From positions 2,258 through 66,257 of the forward strand of contig CAWECN010000013.1 in the NCBI GenBank assembly GCA_963807625.1: DNA of 64,000 nucleotides, given 5' to 3'. Position numbers and translations under genes: made by a program. This DNA is from an uncultured Gammaproteobacteria bacterium. GTDB lineage: Bacteria; Pseudomonadota; Gammaproteobacteria; SZUA-229. Of the stretch, positions 8,845 through 17,552 are shown one piece after another (the stretch's first letter is position 1; every line of letters begins with the position of its first letter). The notes under the pieces were generated by a model. That model was not told where the DNA came from, did not search any database, and saw only the letters and a list, made by a program, of their open reading frames with translations.

Positions 8845-11800
8845 TCAACCACCGACCGCTGCCTGTTCAGTAACAGCTTTCTTATTATCTATTTCATTTT
8901 TTTCTTTAGTATTCTCTTTATCTTTTCTATCTTTTACCTGTGGCCCCGGCTGAATCAGGGTGATGATCGCGCTACCCTTTTCTGTCTTGGCATATCGCGC
9001 AGGTAATAGCACAGCCAGCTTGGCAATACTCTTATCGATCCACTCGTTATAGATACCTACATCGAGAAGCTCCATATTCTTCTCATGAACATTGATGGCT
9101 TTTTCTTCAAACGGGTAAACCTGCTCTTCGATCACCAGCTCATATTGCTCCAGTTCTTCATCACCCAGATTCGCCGGCCTCTCAGATTCGAGTAATGCCA
9201 CACTAAACTCGTAGTAGATCTCAGCGATAAAGAAAGTAGCTGCTGCCGTAACTTCACCAACCTGGTACTCGACCAGTTTCGTATAAGTGTCGATAGCCGT
9301 ACGCATACGCTGCTTTTTCTTCTTCAGGTTTTTCTTGAACGGCTTGACGAGCGCAACTTTTTTAAATTCCTCAAGCTTTGGTTCAGCCAGTACCAGTGAA
9401 GCCTTGGCGGCAAGGAACCTGGTTCGGTCGGTCCTGCCGTTACCCGCTACTGCATCTCCAGCTACGATCTGTTTTAACTGGAAAACATACTGTTTACGCT
9501 CACCTTTCTCCAGGTATATGTCAGCCATTTTCTGACGTGCCTCGATGGCACCTTCGATCGGCACAGGGAAATAATCAACTATCTTGGTATACACGAGCAG
9601 CGCTTTGCTCTTCTCACCTGCTTTCACATATAACTCGGCCGCCTGGTTTAACGCTTCACGCCTTAGCGCCTTATCATCCGGATTCTGTTTTTCGATGCGC
9701 TCAAACTCGACAGCAGACTTAAGGAATTTCCCATCTTCTTTATAGACCACCGCAAGCTTCTTAGTTATATCCTTGTTCAGTTTATTGTCTGGATAAAGTT
9801 TCCTGAATCCTTCGAGTACGGTAGCGACTGCCCCCCATTGTTTTAACAACATGAGCGACGCGGCTGCATCATACTCTGCGGTCGGCCTGATCTTCGAATT
9901 TGGAGCAACCTTTGCAACACGTAGGAAATGCTCGGCAGCAACTTTATGGTCACCCAGCTTACGCGCCTGCTCACCCTGCTTGTATACAGAAGCAGCAAGG
10001 TTTTCTGTCAACGAATTATAACTCTTGTCCTTTTTATCGGTCAGTGCCAGTGTCTGCACGTATGCATCTTCGGCTTCTTTATAGTTCGCTATATCAAACG
10101 AGGCATGCGCCACGACCATCCATGAAGAGCGCAAAAGCTTCTTGTCAGCATTCGGATACACCTTGATGACCCGGCGGCCATAGGTGATCGCCTGCTCATA
10201 ATCTTCCAGTGCATACATATCATCGACCGCTGCCACCAGTACTACCGCTGCATGTTTATGCGTTGGAAAATAATCAGTAAACTTCAACGAGCTACGGATG
10301 ATCTCACGCTTGATTATATTGCGCTGTGACTGATTGGCGACTTTCAGGTGTTCGCGATAAGCATAGACCGCAGCATAACCGGCACTCGCCGAATCTTCAT
10401 GTGTAAGATAGTTATAGGCAGTACGTTCGTATTCAGTCGCTGCACCAAGATAATCTTTATGTTCAAGCAACAGTCCGGCTAACTGGTTGTTAAGTTTAGG
10501 TGCCTGCTTCTCTTCCGGGAACGAAGACAGGTATTCGCGGTACCAGAATATCGCCTCCTGGTAATTTTCTTCTTTCTGTTTCACCAGGCGTCTATCCTGG
10601 TACAAAGCATGATAGTGGTTTGCCAGGTCAATGAGGTTTGATTTTAAGAATGCCAGCACGGTCGGATTGGCATTGATATCAAAGAATGTCCAGTAGTTTG
10701 AATTCAGGGCATATGTCTTAGAGAATTCTTTCTTGGCATCGACAACCAGGCGAGGAAAACCACCCTTCTTATAGATCTCGATCACGCGGATATTAAAGTA
10801 TGGTGACTCCTTTGAGATCGGATTCCTGCCGATGTAGGTCTCGTAAGATTTAGCAGCATCAGAGTAGCGGCGTTTCGTCAGGTAGTACTCGCCAAGGTGA
10901 CTATAGATACTCGCCTCGTAAAAGCGGTGCCCGTGTTTATCAAAAAATTCAACGATCGAGTCAGCGCCACCGAGGTATGAGAAACTGAGACTGATCACAC
11001 GGTATGTGTCATCGATGCGTTTTTTCTCGATCTTGTTTTCTATACTATCGAGGTCATATCCGTTATCGACCTTGTAATCAAGCATCCTGATATAGTCGCG
11101 CAATGCTTCCTCATATAGATCCTGTTTAAAGTATGCCCAGCCCTGTTTATACAATGCCAGCTCATAAAACTCAGAACCCACACCGGCATCGATCACAGCC
11201 TGGTAAGACTCTTCGGAATCCAGATACTTCTTACGTGTGAAAAAATACTCTGCTCGACGGAACTGTGCCTCATCGATGTGTCTAGACTGCGGGTACTGAC
11301 TGATCAATTGCTCCAGGGTTTGCATCGCCACTTCTATCTGCCCGGTCTCTTCATAGGCTCGGGACAACTGGTAGAGCACCTGATCATTACGCTCGAACAA
11401 AGGATATTTCTTTAACAGGCCTTTATACAACTCGATAGCTTCTTTGGCACCCGCTGTCTGCAGATCATCAGCATCACCCGGTTTCTGCCCGGGGACATCG
11501 ATCTTTTTCTTCTTGGGTTTGCCCAAATCGATCTTCTTGCCTGCACGCTCACTGAACTCTTTCTCGCTCTCACTAATGTCGGCGATCGGGCTACCTTTTG
11601 CAGTAACACTTTCTTTCTCTTCACCTGCAGCAACAGGCACGAAACTGGTATCAGGTGTACTTATATCTGTCGCCTGAGAGGCACTATCAGCAACCGGTGT
11701 CACTTCTTTGGCATCAGGTATATCTCCAGTTGCCTGTTTGACCTGCTCTGCCTGCTCTTGAGCACGGGCAACATCTTCAACCTCATACTCTTTTTGAATC

Positions 11801-12048
11801 TTCAGATCGGCAAGCCGGCGTAGCGCTTCCGGCGTCATCTCTGTCTCAGGTGTTTCCTTGAGAAACTTCTCATAACTGGCCATCGCCTTCTCAAGGCTAC
11901 CGTCAACTTTTTCCTGCTTCAACTCGAACTTGACGTCGCTCAAACTGCCAAGCGTGCCTTCGTTATTCGTAGTCGCACAGGAGATCAACAACATCGATGC
12001 TGTTATCAGTGCCGGTAGTGAGAAGTTATCAAGTCGCATCATCTTCAA
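8845..12048 (-). CDS. Large TPR-repeat lipoprotein (1067 aa), GltD/GltE-like by context
   Basis: N-terminal lipoprotein signal (SMLLISCATTNNEG). An acidic, low-complexity region is followed by more than 15 TPR-like repeats over about 800 aa, and the C-terminus is Lys/Glu-rich. It is co-directional and tightly packed with the neighbouring genes. Confidence 0.75.
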   Translation of the reverse strand: MKMMRLDNFSLPALITASMLLISCATTNNEGTLGSLSDVKFELKQEKVDGSLEKAMASYEKFLKETPETEMTPEALRRLADLKIQKEYEVEDVARAQEQAEQVKQATGDIPDAKEVTPVADSASQATDISTPDTSFVPVAAGEEKESVTAKGSPIADISESEKEFSERAGKKIDLGKPKKKKIDVPGQKPGDADDLQTAGAKEAIELYKGLLKKYPLFERNDQVLYQLSRAYEETGQIEVAMQTLEQLISQYPQSRHIDEAQFRRAEYFFTRKKYLDSEESYQAVIDAGVGSEFYELALYKQGWAYFKQDLYEEALRDYIRMLDYKVDNGYDLDSIENKIEKKRIDDTYRVISLSFSYLGGADSIVEFFDKHGHRFYEASIYSHLGEYYLTKRRYSDAAKSYETYIGRNPISKESPYFNIRVIEIYKKGGFPRLVVDAKKEFSKTYALNSNYWTFFDINANPTVLAFLKSNLIDLANHYHALYQDRRLVKQKEENYQEAIFWYREYLSSFPEEKQAPKLNNQLAGLLLEHKDYLGAATEYERTAYNYLTHEDSASAGYAAVYAYREHLKVANQSQRNIIKREIIRSSLKFTDYFPTHKHAAVVLVAAVDDMYALEDYEQAITYGRRVIKVYPNADKKLLRSSWMVVAHASFDIANYKEAEDAYVQTLALTDKKDKSYNSLTENLAASVYKQGEQARKLGDHKVAAEHFLRVAKVAPNSKIRPTAEYDAAASLMLLKQWGAVATVLEGFRKLYPDNKLNKDITKKLAVVYKEDGKFLKSAVEFERIEKQNPDDKALRREALNQAAELYVKAGEKSKALLVYTKIVDYFPVPIEGAIEARQKMADIYLEKGERKQYVFQLKQIVAGDAVAGNGRTDRTRFLAAKASLVLAEPKLEEFKKVALVKPFKKNLKKKKQRMRTAIDTYTKLVEYQVGEVTAAATFFIAEIYYEFSVALLESERPANLGDEELEQYELVIEEQVYPFEEKAINVHEKNMELLDVGIYNEWIDKSIAKLAVLLPARYAKTEKGSAIITLIQPGPQVKDRKDKENTKEKNEIDNKKAVTEQAAVGG

Positions 12049-12049
12049 C

Positions 12050-14161
12050 CTATCGACCTAACAACTGTTGCTTGAAGGATGACGAGCCAGTAGCCTCATC
12101 ATTTTCCACTTCGGAATCAACCTGTGGTTTTTCCTCTATCACTTCCCTTGTCTCGACCGGTTTCTCTTCTGTAACCTCGGGTTGTTTATCGACATTCTCA
12201 GGTACACCACCGCTCTGTTTAGCGATCTCGGCCTCCAGTTGTGCTTTTGTTGCACGGTCATAACTTTCGGCCAGCGCGAAACGTGCCTTTATCTGGTACT
12301 CTTCCAGGCGTTTCCTGCGACGGTCGAGTTCATTGACGGCCATGGTTTCCAGCAGACGACCCTGTTTCGCCATAACACCTTTGAGCGTTCTCTGTGCGGT
12401 GAACAGGCGCGTTCTCAACTGGCGGATTGGAATGGTGTAACCTTCATAACTCTGTGTCGCTGCCTGCCTTGTTCGTATAAAGGAGTTGTATGTTATCTTC
12501 AGCTGCTTGATGATCTCGTCTAGTGAGATCAGATTATTATATGCATCGGTGAGGCGCTGATCATATTCGCTACGCACCTGCCATGTCACGATACCGCGTA
12601 TCCGCTTAACACGCAGCTGCACATCCTGGCTCACCTGTGAAGAATTGATCGCAATCTTTTCTTCCAGCGCTGCGATGACATCCAGCGCCTGGCGCTCGGT
12701 CGATGTCGCCAGGTATTCAGGGCGCGGTGCGATCAGCATATTTTTCAGCTTTGTCGCAAGGTTCTCCCGCTGTTCCAGGCGTAGCTTAATCCTGGCGTCC
12801 AGTTTAATAAATTTCTTTTCTACGACCGGCAGTAGCGGTTCCTGGTAAGCGCGTCTTATCTCGATCATCTCTTCATAGACCCTTAGATCCTCCAGCCATT
12901 TATCGATATGGTGGCGTAGTTCAGCCAGGTCTTTGTAATTTTTGTACGACTCCTGAAAATCATGTGACGCCATCAGCTCCAGGATGTAACGCGTTTCTGG
13001 TGTGTCAGGCAGCTCTCGTAAATTAACCACCCAGTTTTTATCCTTGCTTGATTTCTCATCGAGTAAAGCAGTAAGAAACTTGCCTTTACGGATCGTTTTG
13101 ATGGAATCATCCAGGCTGCCGATCTCTTCTGCGAAAACGTCCATCGCATGGCTATAAAGATTGGCGGCATTACCGTGAGCATTTAATTTTCCGTAAGCAT
13201 ACGGAACGGCCATCAATACTTCCTGTACAGAGTAATTAGTTTCAGCACGTTTATGAAGCATCGACCATGGTACCAGCGCACGGTCAAACTGACCCTCGGC
13301 AACAGCGACCCAACCTGCACCGAGCAGAGCCCGGTTTGAATATGGCCCGTCGAGACGGACACGTTCAAAATATATCTTTGCCTTTTTTGCATTGGCTTTA
13401 TCGAGATAATAATAAGCCAGTTTGATATTCGTCTTGTCCTTTAGTGTAAGCAGGCCGTTATCACTGAACTCCATTTTCCCGAGTTCGTCAAGTACACGCA
13501 GACCTTCCTTCTCATTACCGCTCTGGATCAAGGCGATACCCAGGTTATATATGACATAACCTTTGAGTATCTTCTCTCCTTTCAGCCCCTGTAAGATATC
13601 GACTGCCTGGGTAAACTGTCCGGTATCGATACTCGCTAATGCCTTCAGGTAAGCGACATCTGTCTTAAATGTTTCAGGTTCTTTACCGCGCAATACATCG
13701 AGTGAATATTTTTCCTGGTAGCGTGATCTATCCGGCTCATCACGGATAAGCTCAAGCGCATACAGGGTGCTCGCAGGATCATTCTTCTTATAGAAAACCC
13801 TTGCCAGGGCGAGGGCCGCCTGATTACGTATCGCAAGATCGATGCCTTCACCCAGCACTGCCTGTATCGCACGGCCAGCACGCTGGTTCATGCGGTATTG
13901 CATCTCCAGCTCACCGACCGAGAACTCGGCCTGTGTCAGATGACTGTGAAAGGGATCGAGACCGGATTCATCCAGTTCATAATATTGCGACAACTCTGTA
14001 TCGAGCCGTGCCAGTGCATCGAAGTGCAGGTCCTGGTATGCGTAATACAGGACTTCGCCGAAATACAGGTCTCGCAATTCGACATCCTTCAGGCCGCTCG
14101 CCGCATATAGCGAAGAGCTGCATAAGAAAACAGAGAAGATAAGGGTAAAACGGAGCAACAT
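12050..14161 (-). CDS. Secreted TPR-like helical-repeat protein (703 aa) with a C-terminal coiled coil
   Basis: Signal peptide MLLRFTLIFSVFLCSSSLYAASG. TPR-like repeats, then a long coiled-coil C-terminal third (RRKRLEEYQIKARFALAESYDRATKAQLEAEIAKQ...). Its stop abuts the start of the 1067-aa gene. Confidence 0.6.
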   Translation of the reverse strand: MLLRFTLIFSVFLCSSSLYAASGLKDVELRDLYFGEVLYYAYQDLHFDALARLDTELSQYYELDESGLDPFHSHLTQAEFSVGELEMQYRMNQRAGRAIQAVLGEGIDLAIRNQAALALARVFYKKNDPASTLYALELIRDEPDRSRYQEKYSLDVLRGKEPETFKTDVAYLKALASIDTGQFTQAVDILQGLKGEKILKGYVIYNLGIALIQSGNEKEGLRVLDELGKMEFSDNGLLTLKDKTNIKLAYYYLDKANAKKAKIYFERVRLDGPYSNRALLGAGWVAVAEGQFDRALVPWSMLHKRAETNYSVQEVLMAVPYAYGKLNAHGNAANLYSHAMDVFAEEIGSLDDSIKTIRKGKFLTALLDEKSSKDKNWVVNLRELPDTPETRYILELMASHDFQESYKNYKDLAELRHHIDKWLEDLRVYEEMIEIRRAYQEPLLPVVEKKFIKLDARIKLRLEQRENLATKLKNMLIAPRPEYLATSTERQALDVIAALEEKIAINSSQVSQDVQLRVKRIRGIVTWQVRSEYDQRLTDAYNNLISLDEIIKQLKITYNSFIRTRQAATQSYEGYTIPIRQLRTRLFTAQRTLKGVMAKQGRLLETMAVNELDRRRKRLEEYQIKARFALAESYDRATKAQLEAEIAKQSGGVPENVDKQPEVTEEKPVETREVIEEKPQVDSEVENDEATGSSSFKQQLLGR

Positions 14162-14163
14162 GT

Positions 14164-14703
14164 TTACCAGTCTTTAAAAGAGATCGTTTGATCAGATGAA
14201 CTGCTGCCTGATATCTGTATCTCTACAAACTTGGGCCCGACAGCTTTTGTTACTGTAAAATTTTCACTGCGTTGATATTCATTACCGGATTTTGATCGAC
14301 CGATAAAACTGGCAACCAGCTGATGATCTCCGGTTTTTATATTACCGGTATAAATGCGCTGCACACCACCCGCCCTCAATGCCTCGATCTCTTTGTAGGT
14401 ATAGAGGTGATGCGCTACGACCTTGTTATCCATCTTGATCTGCACAGAATCCAGTACGAAACCTTCATCGCCTGCGACCGAGACGAACAGTGATACCTGG
14501 GTATTAGAGGGAAATAATAATTTTTCTTCCAGTCGTGACAGTTCCGAGGTCAGATCCAGCACATCTTTTTTGATATCCTGCACCTGCTCATCGAGCCCCT
14601 TGATCTGTTCCTGGGTGACTTCAGCCGCATGCAATGATAATGGAACAGTGTTTATTAATAACAAAACTGGAACAAAAAATCTGGCGAATAAATTTTTCAG
14701 CAT
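14164..14703 (-). CDS. Periplasmic protein (179 aa) with a signal peptide and an N-terminal coiled coil; first gene of the operon
   Basis: Signal peptide MLKNLFARFFVPVLLLINTVPLSLHAA, then a coiled coil (IKGLDEQVQDIKKDVLDLTSELSRLEEKL) and a beta-rich C-terminus. A 260-bp AT-rich promoter region lies upstream, divergent from dgkA. Confidence 0.5.
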   Translation of the reverse strand: MLKNLFARFFVPVLLLINTVPLSLHAAEVTQEQIKGLDEQVQDIKKDVLDLTSELSRLEEKLLFPSNTQVSLFVSVAGDEGFVLDSVQIKMDNKVVAHHLYTYKEIEALRAGGVQRIYTGNIKTGDHQLVASFIGRSKSGNEYQRSENFTVTKAVGPKFVEIQISGSSSSDQTISFKDW

Positions 14704-14963
14704 AGCGTAAATCTCAATGGGCTACTCGGCTAACAGGTAGCTGTTATACATAATATTTATAATGTATGTTTCTGTTTAATATTCGACAAGTATATGAAAG
14801 TATCGCGAAAAGTCTGTAAAAAACGGTTTAAAAAAACAGATTCTTCTATAACAAAATTCATCTAATGCCGTCATCAAAATATGTTATATGTTCAGCATAC
14901 CGGCAAACTGATATATACTGATAAATCAATGACTAAGAAAATTCAGGCACACTGAAATCAAAC

Positions 14964-15338
14964 ATGGCTAAAACAGGCGCAACAGGATTCACCCGTATTA
15001 TCAATGCCGCAGGTTATTCGTGGGCAGGATTGAAAGCAGCTTATACTAACGAGGCGGCGTTTCGGCAGGAGCTCTGGCTGGTTATCGTACTGTCACCCGT
15101 CGCTGTAATCTTTGGACCGAGTTATGCGGATAAAGCCGTCTTATTAGCAAGCCTGATATTCATTCTCCTTATCGAGATTCTCAATTCAGCGCTGGAAGCA
15201 GTGGTCGACCGCTTCGGCGATGAGATACATCCATTGTCGGGACGTGCCAAGGACATGGGGTCAGCAGCAGTATTACTGGCTTTCTTTATCACTGGCCTGA
15301 TCTGGTTTTCAGTTTTTAGTGAAACACTCGGGTTTTAA
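14964..15338 (+). CDS. dgkA: Diacylglycerol kinase
   Basis: 124 aa with three TM helices. It has the characteristic DgkA motifs (EAAFRQE, NSALEAVVDRFGDE, SGRAKDMGSAAVL). Confidence 0.9.
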   Translation: MAKTGATGFTRIINAAGYSWAGLKAAYTNEAAFRQELWLVIVLSPVAVIFGPSYADKAVLLASLIFILLIEILNSALEAVVDRFGDEIHPLSGRAKDMGSAAVLLAFFITGLIWFSVFSETLGF

Positions 15339-15608
15339 TATAACCAGGAAACGTTACTAGTCCTTACCAGTAGAATACCTGACCGGATCAAACCATCACT
15401 TCTTAATCACAAATATTTTCATGCTTATCACCCTCAGGGTCATTCACAATAAGCAGGCGAACAATTTATATACTCTACCCAGGCACACTGATTTAATTAC
15501 AAAAAAGTGCGATTTAGTCCTTCTTAAGTTTTTTCAGTTTTTTCTTCTATACTTTGCTTATTACACTGATTCAATCCGATGAACTTTTTAATATAAAACA
15601 CCGTTATT

Positions 15609-16340
15609 ATGAAAATCAAACAACTACTCTGTCTCGTAGCACTATCAACGCCGTTAACAAGTAATGCCGACACACTGGCGATTTCAGCCGGTGGCGGTGT
15701 ATGGAACACCTCATCCAGCGGTACCTTTGGTAAAACTAGTGATCCTGCCCAGGTCGATGTTAAAGATAACCTGTTCTGGGGTGACGAATCACAGGGCTAC
15801 CTGTTTGCCACCCTGGAACACCCTATACCTATCATCCCTAACGTCAAGTTGATGTACACCAAGGTCGACCAGTCTGGCAGTGGTAACACAAACTTTGACT
15901 ATGATGGAATCAATTATAGTGGCGATGTCTCTAATGATTTCTCATTGGAAACCATGGACCTGATCGCTTACTACGAAGTATTAGACAATGTCGTCAGTCT
16001 TGATATCGGTCTTAATATACGTAAATTAGACACTGACTTTTCGATTACCAGTACAGGCAACAGCACAACTGACTCGCTCAGTGAAACGGTACCGATGTTA
16101 TATGCACTGGTCGGCGGCTCACCTATACCGGATCTGATCATCAGTGGTGAAATAAGTTATGTAGCGTTTTCTGGTAGCAGTGTTTCTGATATCACCGCAA
16201 AAATCGCCTACACCACCAACTTTTTTGTTGGTTTCGAAGCAGGTTACCGTAGCCAGAAATATGAGTTCGATGATGTTTCAGGCAATGACGCTAACCTGAC
16301 CATAGACGGTTTATTCGCAGGCGCTTACGTAAAATTCTAA
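15609..16340 (+). CDS. Outer-membrane beta-barrel protein (small, about 8-strand porin-like)
   Basis: Signal peptide MKIKQLLCLVALSTPLTSNA. It has alternating amphipathic beta-strand pattern and the C-terminal aromatic terminus ...GAYVKF typical of OM beta-barrels. Confidence 0.6.
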   Translation: MKIKQLLCLVALSTPLTSNADTLAISAGGGVWNTSSSGTFGKTSDPAQVDVKDNLFWGDESQGYLFATLEHPIPIIPNVKLMYTKVDQSGSGNTNFDYDGINYSGDVSNDFSLETMDLIAYYEVLDNVVSLDIGLNIRKLDTDFSITSTGNSTTDSLSETVPMLYALVGGSPIPDLIISGEISYVAFSGSSVSDITAKIAYTTNFFVGFEAGYRSQKYEFDDVSGNDANLTIDGLFAGAYVKF

Positions 16341-16377
16341 TTCAAAGAGTGCTGTAACTATTCAGACATGCCGCTGC

Positions 16378-16422
16378 AGATTATCGAGCAATCTGCAGCG
16401 GCATTTTAATTTATGTCAGTTA
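16378..16422 (+). terminator. Rho-independent terminator hairpin after the OM-protein gene, between convergent genes
   Basis: Perfect 15-bp inverted repeat atgccgctgcagatt / aatctgcagcggcat followed by ttttaattt. Confidence 0.6.
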
Positions 16423-17549
16423 TTATTTATCGCAGGCAGCTGTGCTTGATGTGACTGCAGGAACCATTTGTCTGTCACGATATGCTTTGTGAACCAGTGC
16501 GTCTTCATCAGCTGGCTGGCGAAGATTCGTTTCACGAACATCGGCAACCGTTCCATCATGTCCGGCCCTGGCAAACGTTCGCCAAAACGTCGCTCCATCA
16601 CATGGTTATAAGCCTGCAGTTTTTCTTTACTGTAATCACCCGCACAGTCACGTATCACATCTGCTGCTAACATGGCTGATTCGACCGCAGGTCGAATACC
16701 TTCCCCGCTCTGCGGATAGGCCAGCCCTGCCGAATCACCGATCAACAGAACATTCTCTGCGACCATCTCGCGTACGGCATGGTTGTACAGCAGGTATGCG
16801 TGGCCATTATATTTCGCCGTGATGTCCTCAGGAATCTTCCCCTGTGCTGCAAGGTAACTACAGAAGTCTTTAACATGGCTGGATAGCTTGCTCTTATCTT
16901 CGCGGCCCAGGCCGATATTCAGATAATCACCTTTACGGAACACCCAGCCGTAACCCATCAGGTCAGGCGTAAAAAACAGTTCAGGCACTTCCTCTTTTAC
17001 AGTACAGCTCTGCTTTTGTTCAGCGCTCATCTCGAACTCAGCCTCCTGCGCGACAACCGCCAGTTCGCTGATACCTTTTGAGTCGATTGCCCGCGCCACA
17101 GGACAGTAATGCCCACCGGCACCTATCACGAGCCTGGCCTGGTATTCACCGTTAACCAGCCAGCCGTCATCATTTTTTTCCATCTTCTTGAAGGGCTGCT
17201 CGAGGATGAATTCAGCGCCACAGCGCTGCAGCAGATAATCATCGAATTCGATCCGCCGGATACCATAACTTACCGGATTACCCGGATAACTGGATTCGAC
17301 CTGCTTCTGCCCCAGCATGCCTATTTTAAAGCCGCTGATCCTCTGCAGCACGCGTCCTTTAGCGTAATCATCAAGATCAACGTTTAATACACGCATCACT
17401 TCAGGTGTGACCCAGCCTGCACAGATCTTTTGCCGCGGGAAAGACTGTTTATCCAGGATTCCGATTGTTAGCCCCGAGTCTTTTAAACTATATGCCAGTG
17501 TCGAACCTGCCGGACCGCCACCAACGATTAGGACATCGTAAGATCTCAT
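16416..17549 (-). CDS. FAD-dependent oxidoreductase (geranylgeranyl-reductase-like flavoprotein family)
   Basis: N-terminal dinucleotide-binding motif YDVLIVGGGPAGSTLA, and the overall family pattern with GAGGHYCP... and LIGDSAGL near the C-terminus. Confidence 0.8.
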   Translation of the reverse strand: MRSYDVLIVGGGPAGSTLAYSLKDSGLTIGILDKQSFPRQKICAGWVTPEVMRVLNVDLDDYAKGRVLQRISGFKIGMLGQKQVESSYPGNPVSYGIRRIEFDDYLLQRCGAEFILEQPFKKMEKNDDGWLVNGEYQARLVIGAGGHYCPVARAIDSKGISELAVVAQEAEFEMSAEQKQSCTVKEEVPELFFTPDLMGYGWVFRKGDYLNIGLGREDKSKLSSHVKDFCSYLAAQGKIPEDITAKYNGHAYLLYNHAVREMVAENVLLIGDSAGLAYPQSGEGIRPAVESAMLAADVIRDCAGDYSKEKLQAYNHVMERRFGERLPGPDMMERLPMFVKRIFASQLMKTHWFTKHIVTDKWFLQSHQAQLPAINNN

Positions 17550-17552
17550 GTG

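Noticed and set aside
4763-12523. Numerous 60-150 aa ORFs antisense to the TonB-like, ExbD, ExbB and TPR genes
   Set aside because: They are embedded in long well-supported genes on the opposite strand. They are Ser/Ala/Arg-rich, as expected from the antisense of real genes.
14704-14963. Possible LexA/SOS box in the dgkA promoter (ctgatatatactgat)
   Set aside because: It has CTG-N9-CTG but not the CTGT-N8-ACAG dyad, so it is not a credible SOS box.
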